64,000 bases of DNA from an uncultured Bifidobacterium sp. GTDB lineage: Bacteria > Bacteroidota > Bacteroidia > UKL13-3. The notes under the pieces are model-generated. The model was not told the origin of the DNA and did no database searches. It saw nothing but the letters and a program-made list of their open reading frames with translations. Location: the NCBI GenBank assembly GCA_964529175.1, contig CAZGVO010000003.1, positions 195,120 to 259,119 of the forward strand. The letters are read 5' to 3'. A program made the position numbers and the translations under genes. This document shows positions 1 to 11,600 of the stretch, piece by piece (position 1 is the first letter of the stretch; every line of letters begins with the position of its first letter).

Positions 1-11
1 TTGTTATAAAA

Positions 12-1007
12 ATGAACATATACGACATACTAAAGAAAAAAATTGTGATTTTGGATGGTGCAATGGGTACCATGATTCAACGACATAAATTGGAAGAAGC
101 TGATTTTAGGAATGAAGCTTTGGCAAATCACGCGCATCCTTTAAAAGGAAATAATGATCTACTTTCAATTACTCGTCCTGAAATTATTAAAGGCATTCAT
201 CGTTTGTATTTTGAAGCAGGCGCAGATATTGTTGAAACCAATACTTTTAGTGGAACCACTATTGCGCAAGCCGATTATCATTTAGAACATTTGGTAGATG
301 ACATCAATTATTACTCAGCAAAAATAGCCAAAGAGGTAGCCGATGAAATGACTGCCAAAGAACCACATAAACCAAGATTTGTGGCTGGTGCTATGGGACC
401 AACTAACAGAACTTTATCTATAAGCCCAGATGTAAACGACCCAGGTTATAGAGCTACTACTTTTGACGAATTGGTAAAAGCATATAAACAACAAGCTATC
501 AAATTAATTGAAGGTGGTGTAGATATTTTATTGATTGAAACCATTTTTGATACCTTAAATGCAAAGGCTGCCTTATTTGCTGTTGATGAAGTTTTTGAAG
601 AACTTGGAAAACATTATCCAGTAATGATTTCAGGAACTATTACGGATGCATCTGGCAGAACATTATCGGGTCAAACAACGGAGGCATTTTTAATTAGTAT
701 GCAACATGCGCCATTGATGAGTATTGGCTTAAATTGTGCATTAGGAGCAAGTGCTTTACGTCCTTATTTACAAGTAATGTCAACACATTCGCCATTTTAT
801 GTAAGTGCGTATCCAAATGCAGGATTGCCTAATGAGTTTGGACAATACGATGAAAGCCCTGCTGCTATGGCAAAACAAGTGGAAGAATTCTGCAAAGAAG
901 GATTGGTAAATATTTTAGGTGGCTGTTGCGGAACTACTCCTGATCACATCAAAGCTATTGCAGAAATGGCAGCGAAGTATGAACCGAGGATTATAGTTAA
1001 TAGTTAA
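12..1007 (+). CDS. Homocysteine S-methyltransferase domain protein, the N-terminal homocysteine-binding module of a split cobalamin-dependent methionine synthase
   Basis: The 331-aa ORF starts with ATG at 12. Its sequence matches the Hcy-binding barrel of MetH/MmuM, with motifs DGAMGT and [11 protein letters not shown]. It lies immediately upstream of the remaining MetH domains. Confidence 0.85.
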   Translation: MNIYDILKKKIVILDGAMGTMIQRHKLEEADFRNEALANHAHPLKGNNDLLSITRPEIIKGIHRLYFEAGADIVETNTFSGTTIAQADYHLEHLVDDINYYSAKIAKEVADEMTAKEPHKPRFVAGAMGPTNRTLSISPDVNDPGYRATTFDELVKAYKQQAIKLIEGGVDILLIETIFDTLNAKAALFAVDEVFEELGKHYPVMISGTITDASGRTLSGQTTEAFLISMQHAPLMSIGLNCALGASALRPYLQVMSTHSPFYVSAYPNAGLPNEFGQYDESPAAMAKQVEEFCKEGLVNILGGCCGTTPDHIKAIAEMAAKYEPRIIVNS

Positions 1008-1075
1008 TAGACCATGGACCATAGAAAGTTTATGGTTAAGAGACCTTGGACCATAGAAGATTTATGGACAATAGT
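1008..1075. repeat. Palindromic repeat cluster (family GACCATGG/CCATAG) left of the four-helix-bundle gene
   Basis: The sequence is tagaccatggaccatagaa...gaccttggaccatagaa. It overlaps the last codons (IVNS, stop) of the upstream ORF. Confidence 0.55.
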
Positions 1076-1113
1076 TTGAATAATTACTTATACTAAAACA
1101 AGGAAACTATAGC

Positions 1114-1464
1114 ATGTTTAAGTTCGAAAATTTAGAAGTTTGGAAAAAGTCGATTGAGTTAGTTGTAAAGGTTGAAAGCGTAGTAAAAAAATTCCCAAAA
1201 GAAGAAATTTATGTGCTTACATCTCAAATGAAAAGAGCTTGTGATTCAATTTCTTTAAACATAGCTGAAGGCTCTCAAGGACAGTCTAATCCTGAATTTT
1301 CTAGATTTTTAGGTTATGCAATGCGCTCTTGCATAGAGGTTGTAGGCTGTATTTACATTGCTCAAGCAAGAAAAATAATTGATGAAGAAGATTTTAAAGA
1401 TATTTATAATGATTGTGAAACATTAGTAAAAATGATCCAATCGCTGAGAAACAAAATTAAGTGA
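1114..1464 (+). CDS. Four-helix-bundle protein (23S rRNA intervening-sequence protein family, TIGR02436-like)
   Basis: The 116-aa protein carries the characteristic N-terminus FENLEVWKKSIELVV...ISLNIAEGS. It is flanked on both sides by short palindromic repeats. Confidence 0.75.
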   Translation: MFKFENLEVWKKSIELVVKVESVVKKFPKEEIYVLTSQMKRACDSISLNIAEGSQGQSNPEFSRFLGYAMRSCIEVVGCIYIAQARKIIDEEDFKDIYNDCETLVKMIQSLRNKIK

Positions 1465-1467
1465 GTA

Positions 1468-1604
1468 GTTTATGGACGATAGTCAATGGTAGATGGACGA
1501 TAGACCATAGACTATGGTCCAATATAATAAAACAAAAAATACCATTGTCTATCGACTATAGTCTATAAACTATTGTCTATCGTCCATGGTCTATCAACAA
1601 AAAT
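1468..1604. repeat. Palindromic repeat cluster right of the four-helix-bundle gene
   Basis: The motifs are ggacgatagaccatagactatggtc and ctatcgtccatggtctatc. These are mutually inverted and enclose a nested palindrome, ccattgtctatcgactatagtc. Confidence 0.55.
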
Positions 1605-1606
1605 AA

Positions 1607-4279
1607 ATGATCAAAGATTATACATTACGCCTTTCGGGCTTGGAGCCATTGGTAATTACTAAAGATACCAATTTTGTAAATGTGGGAGAAAGAACCAATG
1701 TAACGGGTTCTAAAATGTTTTTACGCCTTATACGTGAAGGTAATTTTGAAGAAGCTTTGGCTGTTGCTCGTCAGCAGGTAGAAGGCGGTGCGCAAATTAT
1801 CGACATCAATATGGATGAAGGAATGATTGATGGTGTGGAATCAATGGTTCGTTTTTTAAATTTGATTGCATCTGAACCAGATATTTCTCGCGTTCCTATC
1901 ATGATTGATTCTTCTAAATGGGAAATTATAGAAGCAGGATTAAAATGTGTGCAAGGTAAATGTGTGGTAAATTCTATTTCGCTAAAAGGTGGCGAAGAAG
2001 AATTTATCCGCCAAGCAAAAATTGTAAAACGTTTTGGAGCAGCAGTAATTGTAATGCTTTTTGACGAACAAGGACAAGCAGATAACTACGAACGTAGAAT
2101 AGAAATTGCAGAAAGAGCTTATCGAATCTTAACGGAAAAAGTTCATTTCCCTGCGGGTGATATTATTTTTGACCCTAATATTTTTCCAGTGGCTACCGGC
2201 ATGGAAGAGCACAGAAAAAATGCTTTAGATTTCTTTAACGGAACAAAATGGATTAAAGAAAATTTGCCAGGTGCAAAAGTTAGTGGTGGCGTTTCAAACG
2301 TTTCTTTTTCATTCAGAGGAAACGATAAAGTGCGCGAAGCCATGCACTCAGCATTTTTATTTCATGCCATCAATAACGGAATGGATATGGGTATTGTAAA
2401 TCCAAGTCAATTGGAAGTTTACGATCAAATAGATAAAGAATTATTAGAACATGTAGAGGATGTTTTATTAGATAGAAGAGACGATGCAACGGAACGTTTA
2501 TTGGAACTAGCCGAACGTGTTAAAGGAAAAGGAAAAGAAACTGCGGTTGACAACGAATGGCGCAAAGGAACAGTTCAAGAGCGTTTGAGTCATGCTTTAA
2601 TAAAAGGAATTGTTGAGTTTGTAGAAGCAGATACCGAAGAGGCAAGGTTAATTTACGACAAACCACTTGAAGTGATTGAAGGCCCTTTAATGGCCGGAAT
2701 GAACATTGTGGGTGATTTGTTTGGTGCTGGAAAAATGTTTTTACCGCAGGTAGTTAAAAGTGCACGTGTAATGAAAAAAGCCGTGGCTGTTTTGATGCCT
2801 TACATGGAAGAAGAAAAACGCAAAAATGGCAACATGACTACCAACCAAGGTAAAATATTGATGGCAACTGTTAAAGGCGATGTGCATGATATTGGAAAAA
2901 ATATTGTAGGTGTGGTTTTGGCTTGTAATAACTACGAAATTATTGACATTGGTGTAATGGTTCCTGCCGATAAAATTTTGGAAACTGCCATTAAAGAAAA
3001 TGTAGATGTAATTGGTTTAAGTGGATTAATTACACCAAGCTTGGACGAAATGGTGCATGTTGCCAAAGAAATGGAACGTTTAGGAATGAAAATACCATTA
3101 TTAATTGGAGGTGCTACCACCAGCCGTGCGCACACAGCAGTAAAAATTGACCCTGTTTACAGCGGACCAGTTGTACATGTGTTAGATGCAAGTAAAAGCG
3201 TGCCTGTGGCGGCAAGTTTAATTAGTCCTGACCAGCGACCAGCTTCGGAAAAGAAATTTAAAGACGAGTATGAACAATTTAGAATTGATTATAAAAACCG
3301 TAAAAAAGATAAAAACTCGGTTGATTTAGCAAAAGCAAGAACCAATAAAATTCCTGTAAGTTTTGATAATATAGTTGCACCTAAATTTTTAGGAACAAAA
3401 GTGTTTGATAATTTCCCCTTGGAAGAATTGCGCCAACGCATTGATTGGACTCCTTTCTTTTTAACATGGGAATTAGTAGGTCGTTATCCTGCCATTTTTG
3501 ATGATGAAATAGTTGGTGTAGAAGCCAAAAAATTATTTGACGATGCCAATAAAATGCTCGATAAAGTAATTAACGAAAAACTACTTACCGCACGCGGTGT
3601 AATTGGTTTTTATGAAGCAAATTCTGAAGGTGATGATATAATTATTTCCAACAACGGACAACCAACAACTTTCAACTATTTGCGCCAACAAGGCGAAAAA
3701 GCTGATGGACAACCTTACTTATGTTTGGCAGATTTTGTTGCTCCGAAAGAAAGTGGCAAAAAAGATTATTTAGGCATGTTTGCCGTAACAGCAGGAATTG
3801 GAATTGAGCCTTTGGTAGAAGCTTACGAAAAAGACCATGACGATTACAATAGCATTATGATTAAAGCCATTGCCGATAGATTGGCCGAGGCTTTTGCTGA
3901 AAAAATGCACGAATTGGTGAGAAAAGAATATTGGGGTTTTGCACCTAACGAGCAATTAACCGATGATGAAATAATCAGAGAAAAATACAATAGCATTCGC
4001 CCTGCGCCAGGTTACCCTGCCTGCCCAGACCATACCGAAAAACGTAAGTTGTTTGACATTTTGCAAGCTGAAACCAATGCAGGAATTACCTTAACGGAAA
4101 ACTTTGCCATGTATCCGGCTTCGGCAGTAAGTGGTTTTTATTTTGCCAATGAGGCAAGTAAATATTTTGCGGTAGGTAAAATTCAAAAAGACCAAGTTGA
4201 AGAATATGCCAAACGCAAAAACGTAAGCATTGACTACGTTGAAAAATGGTTAGCTCCTAATTTGGGATATGATAATTAG
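1607..4279 (+). CDS. metH: Methionine synthase (B12-dependent) carrying the pterin-binding, cobalamin-binding and AdoMet-activation domains
   Basis: The 890-aa protein begins RLSGLEPL...[12 protein letters not shown], which is colinear with E. coli MetH from the Hcy/pterin interdomain linker onwards. It contains the DxHDIGK B12-binding motif and the C-terminal activation domain. Confidence 0.9.
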   Translation: MIKDYTLRLSGLEPLVITKDTNFVNVGERTNVTGSKMFLRLIREGNFEEALAVARQQVEGGAQIIDINMDEGMIDGVESMVRFLNLIASEPDISRVPIMIDSSKWEIIEAGLKCVQGKCVVNSISLKGGEEEFIRQAKIVKRFGAAVIVMLFDEQGQADNYERRIEIAERAYRILTEKVHFPAGDIIFDPNIFPVATGMEEHRKNALDFFNGTKWIKENLPGAKVSGGVSNVSFSFRGNDKVREAMHSAFLFHAINNGMDMGIVNPSQLEVYDQIDKELLEHVEDVLLDRRDDATERLLELAERVKGKGKETAVDNEWRKGTVQERLSHALIKGIVEFVEADTEEARLIYDKPLEVIEGPLMAGMNIVGDLFGAGKMFLPQVVKSARVMKKAVAVLMPYMEEEKRKNGNMTTNQGKILMATVKGDVHDIGKNIVGVVLACNNYEIIDIGVMVPADKILETAIKENVDVIGLSGLITPSLDEMVHVAKEMERLGMKIPLLIGGATTSRAHTAVKIDPVYSGPVVHVLDASKSVPVAASLISPDQRPASEKKFKDEYEQFRIDYKNRKKDKNSVDLAKARTNKIPVSFDNIVAPKFLGTKVFDNFPLEELRQRIDWTPFFLTWELVGRYPAIFDDEIVGVEAKKLFDDANKMLDKVINEKLLTARGVIGFYEANSEGDDIIISNNGQPTTFNYLRQQGEKADGQPYLCLADFVAPKESGKKDYLGMFAVTAGIGIEPLVEAYEKDHDDYNSIMIKAIADRLAEAFAEKMHELVRKEYWGFAPNEQLTDDEIIREKYNSIRPAPGYPACPDHTEKRKLFDILQAETNAGITLTENFAMYPASAVSGFYFANEASKYFAVGKIQKDQVEEYAKRKNVSIDYVEKWLAPNLGYDN

Positions 4280-4372
4280 TTGATAGTTGGTAGTTAATGG
4301 TTGTTAGAAATTACCGTCAGACGGTTATCACATTAACAACACATTTGGAATTTAATCATTAATTATAAAAAT

Positions 4373-4410
4373 AAAAACCGCTTTAGTGTAAAACTAAGCG
4401 GTTTTTTTTA
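4373..4410. terminator. Rho-independent terminator hairpin downstream of metH
   Basis: The hairpin is an A-run, then ccgctttag, a loop, ctaagcgg, and a T-run. Confidence 0.6.
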
Positions 4411-4478
4411 TTCTTTGGCTAAAGGAAATCAGAAGATGCTCGCACCAGCGGAGTGCAAACTACCTTAATTGCGGGGTA

Positions 4479-4653
4479 CTAAGCAATCTCAAGTTATGTT
4501 TGATAATTGCTACTCGCTTGAGATTGCTTCACTATGATCACAATGACGTTTGTTGCTGATTGATGAAAACTTTGACATAGTTTATGTTAATTTATTAAAG
4601 GAAGATGCTTACAGCATAACCTAGTGTGAAGTTTGGAGTGTTGATTGCGAAAT
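4479..4653. repeat. Copy 1 of a conserved intergenic element; a second copy lies at 14801-15059
   Basis: The core starts with cttgagattgcttc and ends with ggaagatgcttacagcatRaccWagtgYgaagttYggagtRttgattgYgaaat. It is roughly 80% identical to copy 2 over about 150 nt. The core is preceded by a perfect 13-bp inverted-repeat stem, ctaagcaatctcaag...cttgagattgctt. Confidence 0.6.
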
Positions 4654-4692
4654 GAAAATACAGCTACAATTTGCTTTTATACATTCAAAAGA

Positions 4693-5442
4693 TTATTTCA
4701 CTTTACGGCTAATTAAATTCAATAATGTATCCAACTTATCTGTTGATACTGATATTTGGTGATGTTTATTTACCAATGCATATCCCCCATCATTTCTTAC
4801 ATATTCAGTTATATAATTTATATTAACTATATACGATTTATGACTTCTGAAAAAGAATGGAGTATCAGCTAAAATATCCTCATAAGTTTTAAGGCTTTTA
4901 CTGGCTAAAACTTCGGTTTCATTGTTTAAAATAATGCGTGTATAAGCACCATCGGCTTTAAAAAACAATATATCGTTTATATCAATAAATTTTATAGACC
5001 CTGTAGTATAAATAGCTAATTTCCTTTGTTGTGTGGTGTTTGATAAGTTATCTTTTAAAATGCCAAAATTTTGCTTGTGATTTTGTTTTCTAAAACGTTC
5101 CAGTGCAGTTTCTAAATCAGCAATTTCAATAGGCTTTAGTAAATAATCGATGGCCGAAAACTTAAACGCTTGAATGGCATATTGGTTATAAGCTGTGGTA
5201 AAAATTACTGAAAAATTTATTTCCTCATCGTTAAAAAACTCCAATAACTCCAAACCGCTGTGTCCTGGCATTTCTATGTCTAAAAACACCAAATCAGGAT
5301 TGAGCTTTCGAATTGCTTTTACACCAGTAGGTAAATCTTTACAGCTTTCTACAATGGTTATATCGTTACAATATTCATTAAGCATGCCTTCCAATAAGGT
5401 GCGAGCCATTTTTTCATCATCTATAATTACAGCTTTGTACAT
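4693..5442 (-). CDS. LytTR-family two-component response regulator
   Basis: The 249-aa protein has an N-terminal receiver domain (IIDDE...FLDIEMPG) and a C-terminal LytTR DNA-binding domain. The start codon is ATG. Confidence 0.85.
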   Translation of the reverse strand: MYKAVIIDDEKMARTLLEGMLNEYCNDITIVESCKDLPTGVKAIRKLNPDLVFLDIEMPGHSGLELLEFFNDEEINFSVIFTTAYNQYAIQAFKFSAIDYLLKPIEIADLETALERFRKQNHKQNFGILKDNLSNTTQQRKLAIYTTGSIKFIDINDILFFKADGAYTRIILNNETEVLASKSLKTYEDILADTPFFFRSHKSYIVNINYITEYVRNDGGYALVNKHHQISVSTDKLDTLLNLISRKVK

Positions 5443-5451
5443 GTGTTAGTT

Positions 5452-8340
5452 TTAAGTTAGGGGTATGGTTAGTGTTACGGTAGTTCCTGTTGCATTTCCA
5501 ATTTCGTTGTAATTATCGGTAATAATTACGGCTACAGGCTTGTTTTTACTTTGATTTAAAATTTCTAAACGTTTTTTATTGGCTTGGGTAGAAAAAGACT
5601 GATGCTTACTATCTTTTATTTTATTCAATTGTTCGGAACGTTTACGGCCCACTCCATTATCGTTAATAGTTACTATCAAATTATTTTCAATACAATCAAA
5701 TACAACAGATAAATTTTTCTTTCCTTCCTTGTGAAGCAAGCCATGTTTAATAGCATTTTCTACATATGGCTGCACCAACATGGGTGGTATTTTATCCATT
5801 TCTTTATCTAAATCTACACAAATTTTTATTTCAAAGTAAAAGTCGTCCTCAAAACGCATTTGTTCCAAAGCAAGGTATAGATTAAGTGCTTCTATTTCTT
5901 CGCCTATGGTTATGGTATCTTTTTCACTCATTTCAAGTATCATACGTGTTAGTTTCGAAAACTTTGACAGGTAATTGCTTGCATTTTTTTTATCGTTAAT
6001 AAAAATATATGATTGAATGGTATTGAGCGCATTGTAAAAAAAATGAGGATTCATTTGCGACTTGATAGAAGTTAATTTTGATTTATTTAACTCATTTTCC
6101 AAAGTCATTTTTTCGGTTATTAGTTTATTCTTTTTTATTAACAAACTAATTTGCCATTTATAATATCCTAGTCCTGATATAGTTAAAACTGCAACTATTA
6201 ATAACAAAAACCACCATTGTAACCAAAAAGGTTTATTAATTTTAAAATTTACAATAGCATTGGTAAGTAAGGTGTTATTAATTTTAAACTGAATGGTATA
6301 ATTACCTGGCGAGAGCGAGGCAAACTGAAGAGAACGCATATTGGGCATGGTACTAACCCAGTTTTCGTTGTTTATTTTGTAAGCAATATTTTGGTGCTGA
6401 AATTGAGCATAATTAAGCAAAGCATAATTAATAATAATATTGTTTTCTTGGTACGATAACGACTCGCTTATGGAGGCATACTGCTTGCCGTTTATTTGAA
6501 AATTTTCTATTACAAAATTAGGCTTAACTTCCAATTTATTTATTCCATTTATTGTTACACTTATTATGTTATTATGTGTTAAAATATGAAGTTGATTCCC
6601 CTCTAAAATAAAATCATTTATTTCGCTTGTTTTTAGCTGTATTGATAATTGATAAATGGTTTTATAGATGTTTTCTGTATCAATAATTATAAATTTATCA
6701 TTACCCAAAATACACAAGTAATTACCAAAAGCTTTTATTTTTTTCACTTCTTTTATATCAATATTTGGTAAGTTATTAAGTGTATTAAATAAAGTATCGT
6801 TTGTAATGGTAATTAACTCACCTTTAGTAGTTAGTGCCAATATAAACGATTTAAAAGCTATTAACTTCGAAACAAAAACACTTTGGTTGTTTTGCTTTAT
6901 TTCAGTTTGATTATAAATGGTTTGTTTATGTAGACCAATATTTGAACCGCAATAAATAGCATTTTCAATTGGACTATATGCTACTGTTTTGGCCCTGATA
7001 CTATTTATAAACCTGGCCACCAAATCATTCCCTGCTTTTAGTTTTTTGTTATAAAAATCATCCCATTTTGATGGAATATTTTTATTGGCAATTGGCGAAA
7101 TAACCAAATTAGCGGAACCACTTGTGGCCATTGCATAATATTTATGATCAATTTTTACTATTGATTTTAAAGCAAAATCATCATGTTTAATAAAACCAAA
7201 TGGATTTGATTTAAAAATACTAGTACCTAACGAAGAAGTAAACAATACATCTAAACTCGAATCGTAATAAGTATAATAAATTGATGCATTGCTAGGATTG
7301 GTAAATAGTTTTCTAAGAGGTTCAAAGTTGTTATTCAATGACACTACCTCGTTATTCTGAGTAAAAAGTACATAGCCTCCTTTTGTTTTTTCAAACAAAC
7401 TTGGTTCATAATTTTCTATGGCAACAAATGTGGTTTGAAGCGAAGGAATAATGAATATACCCTTATTAACCGATGATACCCAATAATTATTATCTCTATC
7501 TTTTATAACGCATGAAAGACTTTGATTTTTAAAATAATGTTTAAATCCATTTTTACCAAATACGTGAGCACCATTAGGGGCTAAAATCCAATAATCATTA
7601 TCAATTAAATGCAAATTTTGAATAAGTTTTGGCCCTCTTATTTTAAAAGCAGGTTGCGACTTATCTTTTTCAGTAAAATACAGTTGTTCGTTTTCATTTT
7701 CTCGAGCAGTTAAAACCAAGTTTTTATTGGTAGCATATATTTGATTGTTTTTTTCATTGCTTGCAATTTGTACCCGAGTAGCTTCTAATTTTAAATTAGA
7801 AGTAGTTTTATAAAGCACCTTATTGGCTGTAAAATAATAGTTGTTGTTAAAACAAGCAGTATTATTTATATCTTTAATAGTAGAAAAAAAAATGGGTATT
7901 GTTTTAATTAATTGTAGGGTATTTATATTGTAAACATCAATTCCATTGTATTGTAATAAGAATAAATGATTATTGGTTATTCCATAAGCAAAAAAGCCAA
8001 TTGGTTTGTTTTGTTTTAATGCATGTAGCGAATCATTTTCAATGTAGTAACAGTAACCATCAAAATTTTGGTACCAAATTCTGCCTAAAACATCTTCTTT
8101 TAAATTACTACCAGCTGCTGAGGTTTGATTTGGGTTTTTGTAGGTTTTAAAATTATACCCATCGTACCTGCTTATACCCTCTTGGCTTGCTATCCAAATA
8201 TACCCTTTTTTATCTTGTAAAATATTATATACATTATTTGATGGTAAACCTTTTGTATCGTTCAATAGGGTAAAATACGGCTGTTGAGCCTTAACTAAAA
8301 TGGGCAGTACAAATGATAAAATAATTACAATCGCTCTCAA
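5452..8340 (-). CDS. Sensor histidine kinase of the LytS/YehU type with a periplasmic two-component-regulator beta-propeller and a Y_Y_Y domain
   Basis: The 962-aa protein has a signal peptide, repeated propeller-like blades, a Y_Y_Y domain and one transmembrane segment. These are followed by a His_kinase domain (NPHFFYNALN) and an HATPase_c domain. The start codon is TTG. The gene is adjacent to the LytTR regulator. Confidence 0.8.
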   Translation of the reverse strand: MRAIVIILSFVLPILVKAQQPYFTLLNDTKGLPSNNVYNILQDKKGYIWIASQEGISRYDGYNFKTYKNPNQTSAAGSNLKEDVLGRIWYQNFDGYCYYIENDSLHALKQNKPIGFFAYGITNNHLFLLQYNGIDVYNINTLQLIKTIPIFFSTIKDINNTACFNNNYYFTANKVLYKTTSNLKLEATRVQIASNEKNNQIYATNKNLVLTARENENEQLYFTEKDKSQPAFKIRGPKLIQNLHLIDNDYWILAPNGAHVFGKNGFKHYFKNQSLSCVIKDRDNNYWVSSVNKGIFIIPSLQTTFVAIENYEPSLFEKTKGGYVLFTQNNEVVSLNNNFEPLRKLFTNPSNASIYYTYYDSSLDVLFTSSLGTSIFKSNPFGFIKHDDFALKSIVKIDHKYYAMATSGSANLVISPIANKNIPSKWDDFYNKKLKAGNDLVARFINSIRAKTVAYSPIENAIYCGSNIGLHKQTIYNQTEIKQNNQSVFVSKLIAFKSFILALTTKGELITITNDTLFNTLNNLPNIDIKEVKKIKAFGNYLCILGNDKFIIIDTENIYKTIYQLSIQLKTSEINDFILEGNQLHILTHNNIISVTINGINKLEVKPNFVIENFQINGKQYASISESLSYQENNIIINYALLNYAQFQHQNIAYKINNENWVSTMPNMRSLQFASLSPGNYTIQFKINNTLLTNAIVNFKINKPFWLQWWFLLLIVAVLTISGLGYYKWQISLLIKKNKLITEKMTLENELNKSKLTSIKSQMNPHFFYNALNTIQSYIFINDKKNASNYLSKFSKLTRMILEMSEKDTITIGEEIEALNLYLALEQMRFEDDFYFEIKICVDLDKEMDKIPPMLVQPYVENAIKHGLLHKEGKKNLSVVFDCIENNLIVTINDNGVGRKRSEQLNKIKDSKHQSFSTQANKKRLEILNQSKNKPVAVIITDNYNEIGNATGTTVTLTIPLT

Positions 8341-8697
8341 ATCGTGGTTTTAATGGTTAACAAATATAGATTGATGTAATAAAAAGATAATTGGTATTTT
8401 ACCAAACCTTAAAAAACACCAATCAAATTGCCAATGTAGTTAATAAAGCAAAAATCTCAAAAATATTAAAAATAACATACTCCAAAACAGAAAGAAAGCG
8501 CCAAATTGTAAATAATTGATAATAAGTATATTACATTAGCATCAAAAGCTAAATTCATAATAATTGTAAAGCAACTGTGTTAATAAAACTTCACCAACTC
8601 AAATAGCTTTTTCATTTTAAAAACAATCGGTTTTATAAACTTACAAAATTTTAAACCACTCCTTGTTTCATTTTTGATCCGATAAAAAAATCACATA

Positions 8698-11600
8698 ATG
8701 AAAAAAATACTATTATTATTTTATTGCTTATGCACCATTTATGGATTGCAAGCACAAACACCCATTACCAATTGGGAGTATTCAATTGGCGATAATGGAG
8801 GAATTGAGCAAATTAAATCCTCGGCTTACGATGAAGCCGGAAACTTGTATGTAGCAGGCCATTTTTATGGAACGGTAGATTTAGACCACGGAACTGGAGC
8901 CTATTTACTAAGCGCTGCCGGAAGTTACGATGCTTTTGTGGCCAAATACAATTCGTTTGGTCAAATTTTATGGGCAGTACGTCTGGGAGGAACCATGGCC
9001 GAGTCAGTTAATCATTTATCGGTAGCAAATGGCTATGTGCTTTTAACAGGTTTTTTTCAAGGAACCATGAATGTATATGCTCCAAATTTTACAGCACCTT
9101 TAACCTCAGTTTCCAGTTCGTCCGATATTTTTATAGTACGTTTAGGAACAGATGGTTTATTTTATGCTAATGGCGCTTTTAAAATTGGTATGGGTGGAAA
9201 CGATGATGGAAAATGTGTAAAATCTGATGCTGCTGGAAACATTTATTTATCAGGCTTGTACTCAAGTCCTAATAATAATACCAATGTAAACTTTAACGTA
9301 CTTGGTGGTACCAATAATTTATTGGCTGCTGGTAGTGAAGATGGTTTTATAGTAAAATACAATAGCAATTTTGTATTACAATGGGTAAAATCGTACGGTG
9401 GAGGTTCTTTTAATGATGCAGTATTAACCATGGATATAGATAATAACCAAAATGTATATGCAGCTGGTTATTTTAATGGTACAAATGCAAGTTTTAACAA
9501 TAGTATATTCCTTACATCAGTTGGAGGTGCCGATGCTTTTATTTCAAAAATTGCAGCTAATGGAAATACCATATGGGCTAAACGAATAGGTGGTGGAAAT
9601 GGCGATGTAATTTCTACCATTAAACTTAATGGAAAAGGTGTAATATATGCTGGCGGTAACTTTAATGGATTAGCGAATTTAAACCCAAATGGAACCGCAC
9701 AAAACTTTACCGCTGTAGGTGGCGATGCCTTTATAAGTAAACTTGATACCAACCAAGCAACCGCTTTATGGATTAAACAATTTGGGGGAAGCGGGCCTGA
9801 TAATTTAAATGGACTTGATTTAGATACATTAGGAAATGTGTATACAACTGGCTCTTTTATAGGTTCGGCTGAGTTTCCTATTGGCATTTCAGCATCGGCA
9901 TTAAATAGTGGCAGTTGGAAAGATATTTTTGTAAGTAAACTAAATACCAATGGTGGTTTTGTTTGGTCCAAATCAATGGGTACTATCTTAGAAGATGATG
10001 GCTACAGTATTTCAGTTACTGCAAATGGTAACTATGCTTATATTACAGGAAGCAATCCTACATTTGGGCATGGTTACATGGCCAAAATTGGTGCTTGTGG
10101 CGAGTTAAAACCCATAATTGGTCTAACAAAATTATGTTCAAATACACAAAGGATTTATGCTGTAGATTCAGTTATAGGAGCTACTTCGTATGTTTGGACT
10201 TTACCTGCTGGTTGGGTTGGTACATCTAATACACGCAGCATTACAGTTACTCCAAGTGCTAACAGCGGAAATATTACTGTTAATGCCATTACTGCTTGTG
10301 GAGCTGGTTTTTCTCGTTCATTAAATATTAATTATGGAACTACAAATTTAGATAATAACTTAGTAAGGTATTGGCTTGCCAATGAAAACGACAACAATAA
10401 AGACATTAAGAATAACTTTGGCTTAACTTTGGTAAACACAGTTAAAGATACTGCTATGCACGGAACAGTTAATGGGGCTTATCGTATTTCAAATAATGCT
10501 GGTTTTATTCAATTGCAACCCACTGCCAATTTACCAACAGGCGCTACTTCTATTTCGTTATGGTATTATTACCAAAGTAATGGTGGAGGTGCAAATGTGG
10601 TATTAGGAAGTAACGGAACTGCTTTACCTGCATCGCATCCACTTATGTTAATTGATAATGCTTCGGCTACTTTATTCCCTTGGTCTAATACAGGTGCTGC
10701 CATAGGTAGTGGTGTTACCATAGCTCAAAATACTTGGCATCATATAGTATTAACGCGCAATGGAGCCAACTTTACTTTTTATGTAAATGGTGTTTTGGCC
10801 TACAGTGGCAATAATTTATCTGCTTCTAATTTTGATAGAATTGGAAACAATCGTCCTGGATTTGAAATACAAGGCGCTACAGGTAAGTTTGACGATATTA
10901 AAATTTATAATACCATTATCACCGAAGCACAGGTCAAATCGCTTTACGACTTTGGAAGCATTAAATCTGTTGATTTACTGACATCAGGTTGTAAAAATAA
11001 AACCATTTCATTTCAAGCTTTTTCAAGTAATAACAATGTCACTTACGGATGGAAGTTAAATGGAACGGTAGTAGGAAGTAGTTTACCAACTTTTGTTAAA
11101 ACGGCTGCATTAACCGATTCAGCAATTTCTGTTAGCGTAAATAGCCAATGTTTTGAAGAAACTATTTCTAAAAGTTTTAAAATTAATAGTATAGATAGTG
11201 TACAAATTATTAGCACTGATTGTGGCATTAAAGTTGGTAATAAAACATATATTGCTTCAGGCAATTATATTGATACTTTAGTTAATCAATTTGGCTGCGA
11301 TAGTATTGTATTTTTAAACCTAACTATTAGTAATAATCAACTTACCAATTTAAGCACTAATTTAATTAGGTATTGGACCTTAAATGCACAAGATTCAGCC
11401 AAGGATTTAACCAATAATTTTGTATTAAACAAATCATCGGGAATACTTTTTACCTCCGATAGGTTTGGAAACCCAAATACAGCCCAATTTATTCCGGCAT
11501 CGCCAAGCCAACAATTTACACCGGCAGTAAATATTCCAGCCAATGATTTTACCATTTCATTTTGGTATCAATTTACTTCCTCCACTTCAACCAATACCAG

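Noticed and set aside
2143-3955. Three small antisense ORFs (61-67 aa) inside metH
   Set aside because: They lie entirely within a well-supported conserved CDS on the opposite strand and have no recognisable domains. They are typical spurious antisense frames.
5195-5449. 84-aa plus-strand ORF overlapping the LytTR regulator
   Set aside because: It is antisense to a confidently assigned response regulator, with no motif support.
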